Source of the DNA: Promethearchaeati archaeon
Lineage (GTDB): Archaea; Asgardarchaeota; Heimdallarchaeia; JABLTI01
Direction: 5' to 3'
Assembly: GCA_013166835.1 (NCBI GenBank)
Contig: JABLTI010000078.1
Location: forward strand, 1-12,214
DNA length: 12,214 nt
Below are positions 7,619 to 12,214 of this stretch, piece after piece. Position 1 is the first letter of the stretch. The number at the start of each line of letters is the position of its first letter. Under the pieces are notes generated by a model. The model was not told the DNA's origin. It ran no database searches and saw only the letters and a program-made list of their open reading frames with translations. The translations under genes and the position numbers were made by a program.

Positions 7619-10600
7619 TTAAGATGCGGGTGTTAATGAATCTTTAAATGCATTTTCAATCATTGCTTCGATTTGTGCATCAGTATAGTGATTCATAATT
7701 ATTGCATTTGATGGGCAAGCCACTACACATACGCCGCAGCCTTCACAAAGGATATCATTGATTTTAGATTTTACTAATCCTTCGTCATTTACGATCAACG
7801 ATAAGGCTTGGAATGCACATGTTGAAATGCAAGAGCCACATCCTGCGCAAACGTCTTGATCAATTGAAGCAACAATTGATTCCTTTTCTATCTTTTTGCT
7901 TTTAATAAGTTTCGTTGCTAATGAAGCTGACGCTAAACCTTGTGAAACACTATCTGTAATGTCAAGTGGACCTCTACAAGCACCTGCTATGAACTTCCCA
8001 GAAGAGGCTGTTTCTATTGGGCCGAGTTTTATGTGTTTCTCTATGAAGAAGCCATCTTTATCCATTGAACAACTTAAGAGTTCCCCAATTTTTTTGGATT
8101 CATTTGTTGGTTCCATTGCAGTTTGTAAGATGATTAGATCGGGTTTGTAACGAATGTTTTTATCCAAATCACCATTGTAAACATCAAAGTACATTTTACC
8201 TTCTATATCTTTCCTGATTTCACTTGGAACACCCCTAATGTAATCTACGCCCATGGATCTTGTTTTATTGTATAATTCCTCGTACCCCTTGCCGAATGTT
8301 CGTATGTCTTTATAGAAAAGTATTGTATCAACATCTGATCCAAATTTATTTTTCATCAAGAAAGCATGCTTAATTGAAGCTGTGCAGCAGTATCGTGAAC
8401 AATATTCATGGTAATTAAGGTCTCGACTACCAACACAATTGATGAAAGCTATGGTCTTAGGTTTTTTCCCGGTTGAAGAGATAGTGAGTTTTCCATCTGT
8501 TGGCCCTGCTGAGTTAGTTAATCGTTCGAATTCCATACCTGTAATGATGTCTGGATAGTCAACATCTTTGTAGTGATACTGAGGTATCACGCTGGGATCG
8601 AAAGTTTGGAATCCAGTTGCAGCGATTATTGCACCAACTTTTTCAGTTATTTTTGTTGGCAATGCATTATGATTTATGGCATTCGCTTCACAAATTCTCA
8701 CACACTCTAAACAAACTCCACAATTAGCACAGTGAAGACAACGACTTGCTTCAGCCTTCGCATCTTCTTCAGAGTATGGTTTTACTACCTCAAGATAACA
8801 ATTTTCTAAACGCTTCTCAACAGATTCTTTTGGTAGTGCTTTTCTCTTGACTTTGTTTGCACGTTCTACAGGTATATCTGTAACAACTTTCCCTACTCGA
8901 ACTCTTCCTTTATAAATTTGAGAGTGTGTGGTTACTTCATCTGGTCTACCTAGATGCATATCCTCTCCCTGAATGTATCTGTGAGCTGATTCTGCAGCCC
9001 ATTTTCCAGAAGCAACTGCTTCAATAACTGATTCGGGACTGTAATAGAATTCACCACAACAGAAAATGTGGGGATGGGTTTGAGACTGCAATGTTTTTGC
9101 ATCAAGAATTAAGTTCCCATGTCTATCTACCATATCTTCAGGTATGATAGTTCGATCGAAGTATTGCCCTATGGCAACAAAGACATGATCAAACTTCTCT
9201 TCATACTCTGAACCTTCAATGCAAATAGCCTTTCGTCGACCATCGGCTCCGGGTTCTGTTAGATCGGTTTTCAGGAATTCTACGGCAACAAGTTTTCCAT
9301 TTTTTCCAATGAATTTCACAACTTGTACTTGGCTACTAAGAAGTATACCTTCTTCTATTGCATCATCAATCTCTTCTTGATACGCAGGCATTTCTTCTCT
9401 GCCACGACGATAAAGAAGTTTAACTTCAGATGCTCCAAGACGTTTTGCTACTCGGGCAACATCTACAGCAGTGTTTCCTCCACCAACAATACCAACTTTC
9501 CCTTTTAGTTTGGTTATTTTCTTATCACAAACATCTTTGAGGAAAGTAAGTCCTGGGGTAACTCCTTTGAGATCTTCTCCGTCTACAAACATTTCATAAT
9601 TACCAATCGCACCTGTTGATACAATAACTGCATCATATCCTTTTTTGCGAAGCAATCCTCTTTTCTTCAAATCATCAAAAGTTAATTCCTCGTTTTGCCC
9701 TACTCGGTATCCAGTTTTTAACTCTACTCCGAGGTCAAGAATTCGTTGGATTTCATAATCTAAAACATCCTTTGGTAAACGATAATCAGGTATAGCGTAT
9801 TGGAGTAATCCACCAGCTTTGTCCTTCATTTCATATATAGTAACTTTGTAACCTTTCTTTGCTAGCCACCAAGCTGAAGATAAACCGGAAGGACCTGCAC
9901 CTATGACTGCAATTTTCTCTTTGAAAATCTTTGGAATGGGTTTTACTTTCTCAGCCTTCATTTCCTTTCTTTCGTAATCACAAATGAAATTCTTTAAAGC
10001 ACGAATAGAAACAGGAGCATCTACTTGAGCTCTGCCACAATAATATTCGCAATGTCCTACACAGATTTTGCCACAAACAGATGGAAATGGATTTTCCTCT
10101 CTAATTAACTCGAGAGCTTCTTCATATTTACCCACTGATATTAGATTAACATATCCTTGAACATGAATATCTGCTGGACAACCATCTCTACAAGGTGGGA
10201 TGCCTAATTTGTCTATAGTATAACATTGAGGAACTGCTTGAGGGAAGGGCATATACGTTCCTTTGTGAGTCACTAATCCCACATCAAAAGAACTTATGAT
10301 ATCAGTTGGACAGTTCTTAGTACAATCGCCACAGGCTGTGCATTTTTCTGGATCAATATACATTGGTTTCTGCACTATTTCAATATCAAAGTTTCCAACA
10401 TAACCTGAAACTTTAGTAACTTCAGCATTTGTTAAAAGAGTAATATTTGGGTTATCAATTACTTCAGCCATTTTTGGAGTTAAAATACAAGCAGAACAAT
10501 CCTGAGTCGGAAATGTCTTGTCTAATTGAGCCATTTTTCCACCAATGGTCGCTTCTTTCTCAACTAGAATTGTATCAACTTCCAAATCAGCTAGGGCTAA

Positions 10601-11077
10601 TGATGCAGTGATACCTGTGATTCCTCCACCAATAACCAAAGCTTTTGGTACGCCTGAAACTATGTTTGGACTTAAAGGTTCCAAAAGCGTAGCCCGACTT
10701 ACTGCCATTCTAACAAGAGCTTTAGCTTTTTGAGTTGCTTTTTCAATATCATCCGTAACCCAACTAACCTGTTCTCTGATGTTTGCCATTTCAAACAAGT
10801 ATTTGTTTAATCCTGCCGCTTGCACTGTTTTTCTAAAGGTTTCTTCATGCATTCTAGGACTACAAGAAGAGACAACAATTCGATTCAAATTATGTTCTTC
10901 AATATCTTCTTGTATTTTCTTTTGACTTGGTTTGGAACAGCTATACTTGAAAGTATGAGCATAAACAACATTAGAAAGTGTTTTCGCATATTCAGTTACT
11001 TCTTCACAATTAACGGTGGATGCTATATTTGATCCGCACATACAAATATAGACACCAATCCTTTTTTCCTCGCTCAC
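7619..11077 (-). CDS. hdrA: Large heterodisulfide reductase subunit A (HdrL-like) with an inserted GltD/NfnB-like NAD(P)H oxidoreductase module
   Basis: HdrA motifs: IGVYICMCG, SCSPRMHE, GGGITG, KTFPTQDCSACIL, EFERL, CVGSRD..YCSRYCCTASIK and a C-terminal 2x[4Fe-4S]. Internal GltD-like motifs: PCRDGCP, NPFPSVCGKIC...CE..C, GAGPSG, IPDYRLP, GGGNTAVD, YRR and EASRCLHC. It starts at GTG with GGAGA at 11087-11091. Confidence 0.93.
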   Translation of the reverse strand: MSEEKRIGVYICMCGSNIASTVNCEEVTEYAKTLSNVVYAHTFKYSCSKPSQKKIQEDIEEHNLNRIVVSSCSPRMHEETFRKTVQAAGLNKYLFEMANIREQVSWVTDDIEKATQKAKALVRMAVSRATLLEPLSPNIVSGVPKALVIGGGITGITASLALADLEVDTILVEKEATIGGKMAQLDKTFPTQDCSACILTPKMAEVIDNPNITLLTNAEVTKVSGYVGNFDIEIVQKPMYIDPEKCTACGDCTKNCPTDIISSFDVGLVTHKGTYMPFPQAVPQCYTIDKLGIPPCRDGCPADIHVQGYVNLISVGKYEEALELIREENPFPSVCGKICVGHCEYYCGRAQVDAPVSIRALKNFICDYERKEMKAEKVKPIPKIFKEKIAVIGAGPSGLSSAWWLAKKGYKVTIYEMKDKAGGLLQYAIPDYRLPKDVLDYEIQRILDLGVELKTGYRVGQNEELTFDDLKKRGLLRKKGYDAVIVSTGAIGNYEMFVDGEDLKGVTPGLTFLKDVCDKKITKLKGKVGIVGGGNTAVDVARVAKRLGASEVKLLYRRGREEMPAYQEEIDDAIEEGILLSSQVQVVKFIGKNGKLVAVEFLKTDLTEPGADGRRKAICIEGSEYEEKFDHVFVAIGQYFDRTIIPEDMVDRHGNLILDAKTLQSQTHPHIFCCGEFYYSPESVIEAVASGKWAAESAHRYIQGEDMHLGRPDEVTTHSQIYKGRVRVGKVVTDIPVERANKVKRKALPKESVEKRLENCYLEVVKPYSEEDAKAEASRCLHCANCGVCLECVRICEANAINHNALPTKITEKVGAIIAATGFQTFDPSVIPQYHYKDVDYPDIITGMEFERLTNSAGPTDGKLTISSTGKKPKTIAFINCVGSRDLNYHEYCSRYCCTASIKHAFLMKNKFGSDVDTILFYKDIRTFGKGYEELYNKTRSMGVDYIRGVPSEIRKDIEGKMYFDVYNGDLDKNIRYKPDLIILQTAMEPTNESKKIGELLSCSMDKDGFFIEKHIKLGPIETASSGKFIAGACRGPLDITDSVSQGLASASLATKLIKSKKIEKESIVASIDQDVCAGCGSCISTCAFQALSLIVNDEGLVKSKINDILCEGCGVCVVACPSNAIIMNHYTDAQIEAMIENAFKDSLTPAS

Positions 11078-11136
11078 TTGGTGATTTCTCCGAATTTTTT
11101 TTGAGTGACCTTAGTCGCACTAACTATGATATTAAC

Positions 11137-11152
11137 TTATTAAAATTTATAA
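11137..11152 (-). promoter_or_regulatory. Candidate TATA box(es) for the hdr operon
   Basis: The minus strand reads TTATAAAT-TTTAATAA, 60-75 nt upstream of the hdrA GTG. The AT-rich background limits certainty. Confidence 0.35.
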
Positions 11153-11203
11153 CGGTGATTTTGACTCTATTTACTCAAATGATTATTTGAACAAATTTTA
11201 GTA

Positions 11204-11217
11204 TGAGTAGCTACTCA
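11204..11217. promoter_or_regulatory. Perfect 14-bp palindrome, putative operator in the divergent hdrA/SDR intergenic region
   Basis: TGAGTAGCTACTCA is its own reverse complement. Confidence 0.5.
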
Positions 11218-11332
11218 CGGATGGTTAAAAAAACGGAAGATTCTTATGTGACTAGACCAATATTTTTCAGACTCTAAATGTAAAACAAGAGTTTTATTAC
11301 AGCTATTACAACTATATAGAGGATTAGTTAGA

Positions 11333-12214
11333 ATGAAAGTTTTAGTTACTGGAGCCTTTGGCAATGTTGGTGCTAGCACCTTAAAGGCTTTAATTGCCAA
11401 AAATAAACATGAAATCACTTGTTTTGATAGACCCAAGCTTATTAATCGAAAAGAATCAAGGAAATTCAAGAAAGACGTTAAAATCATTTGGGGAGACTTG
11501 CGAAATCCGAAAAAAGTAGAAAAAGCAGTTAAAGGTCAAGATATTGTTCTCCATATTGGAGCGATTATCCCACCTGCTGCTAATAGGAGTAGAAAACGAA
11601 CCTTTAATATCAACTTTGGTGGAACAAAAAATATAGTCAATGCAATTGTAAAACAAGCAACCAAACCAAAGATAATCTATACTTCATCAGTAGCTGTGTA
11701 CGGAGATGTAAGAGAACTTGGAGAGCATTGTATAGATATTGATTATCCTTTCAATCCAAGTCCCGATGATTTCTATGCAGTAACGAAAATAAGATCTGAA
11801 GAATATATTCGGGAATCTGGTGTTGATTTTGTTATTTTCAGACTCAGCTATATTCCGAATGCAGAGAAGATTGCTCTCACACCACTAATGTTTCGTATGC
11901 CATTAGATACTCCAATAGAGTTCACACATACTTTAGATACTGGTTTAGCAATAGCAAATACCATCGAGAAAGATGAAATGTTTGGGAATGTATACAACCT
12001 TGGGGGCGGAAAAGAATCTCAAATATATTATAGAGAATTTCTTGAGAACATGTTGCCATTCATGGGAGTAGACATGTTACCCGATGAAGCTTTTAGTACC
12101 GAGCCATTCCATTGTTGTTTCTATGATACTACTGAATTAGAAAAATTACTACAATTCCAAAAACATAACATGAAAGATCTCTATCAAGAAATGGTTGATA
12201 ATACAAGAGCAGCT
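11333..12214 (+). CDS. Extended SDR, NAD-dependent epimerase/dehydratase family; 3'-truncated and absent from the ORF track
   Basis: My manual translation begins MKVLVTGAFGNVGAST (GxxGxxG) and includes VLHIGAIIPP, NINFGGT, YTSSVAVYG, YAVTK (YxxxK) and YNLGGG. GAGGA lies at 11319-11323 and there is no stop before the window end. Confidence 0.92.
   Translation, partial: MKVLVTGAFGNVGASTLKALIAKNKHEITCFDRPKLINRKESRKFKKDVKIIWGDLRNPKKVEKAVKGQDIVLHIGAIIPPAANRSRKRTFNINFGGTKNIVNAIVKQATKPKIIYTSSVAVYGDVRELGEHCIDIDYPFNPSPDDFYAVTKIRSEEYIRESGVDFVIFRLSYIPNAEKIALTPLMFRMPLDTPIEFTHTLDTGLAIANTIEKDEMFGNVYNLGGGKESQIYYREFLENMLPFMGVDMLPDEAFSTEPFHCCFYDTTELEKLLQFQKHNMKDLYQEMVDNTRAA

Noticed and set aside
4731-11032. 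Short antisense ORFs in the track (4731-4931, 5233-5484, 6082-6276, 6568-6762, 6763-6969, 6884-7069, 7896-8150, 9323-9508, 10545-10733, 10820-11032)
   Set aside because: They lie opposite well-supported genes and have no recognisable motifs, so they are shadow ORFs.
7154-11077. Selenocysteine recoding in HdrA or MvhD, as known for Methanococcales and some Asgard archaea, with the hairpin after hdrB as a SECIS
   Set aside because: Both ORFs are uninterrupted and have Cys at the relevant motifs (DCSAC, CCNWC, CHLGDCHY). There is no in-frame TGA, and the hairpin is too short and fits a terminator better.
11203-11277. 24-codon ORF MSSYSRMVKKTEDSYVTRPIFFRL upstream of the SDR
   Set aside because: It has no SD or recognisable features. 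Its start overlaps the palindrome, which better explains the sequence. It cannot be excluded without ribosome profiling.
11215-11656. Minus-strand ORFs 11215-11487 and 11456-11656
   Set aside because: They are antisense to the real SDR gene starting at 11333, which the track omitted because it has no stop in the window.
1-12214. CRISPR arrays, tRNA/rRNA genes, IS elements or DGR-type repeats
   Set aside because: By eye I found no spaced direct repeats, cloverleaf, GC-rich RNA stretch, transposase or reverse transcriptase. The TPR repeats are diverged at DNA level.

Overview
AT-rich prokaryotic window, probably archaeal and plausibly Asgard-like. That assignment is an inference from TATA-like boxes, a probable leaderless gene, sequon-rich surface proteins and an Hdr operon with no methanogenesis genes nearby. 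From left to right it holds: a 5'-truncated TPR protein (+); a secreted, C-terminally anchored Zn-phospholipase C/P1-nuclease-fold protein with three tandem beta-rich repeats (-); a membrane-anchored CBM9/DOMON-like protein (-); a membrane-anchored DM13 protein (+); a compact minus-strand operon hdrA(+GltD/NfnB-like insert)-mvhD-hdrC-hdrB; and a divergent, 3'-truncated extended SDR that the ORF track missed (+). The main point of interest is the 1152-aa HdrA. It carries a circularly permuted NADPH-type GltD-like flavo-Fe/S module inserted inside its ferredoxin domain, in an operon with no hydrogenase or formate dehydrogenase. This suggests a self-contained NAD(P)H-linked, possibly bifurcating heterodisulfide reductase.
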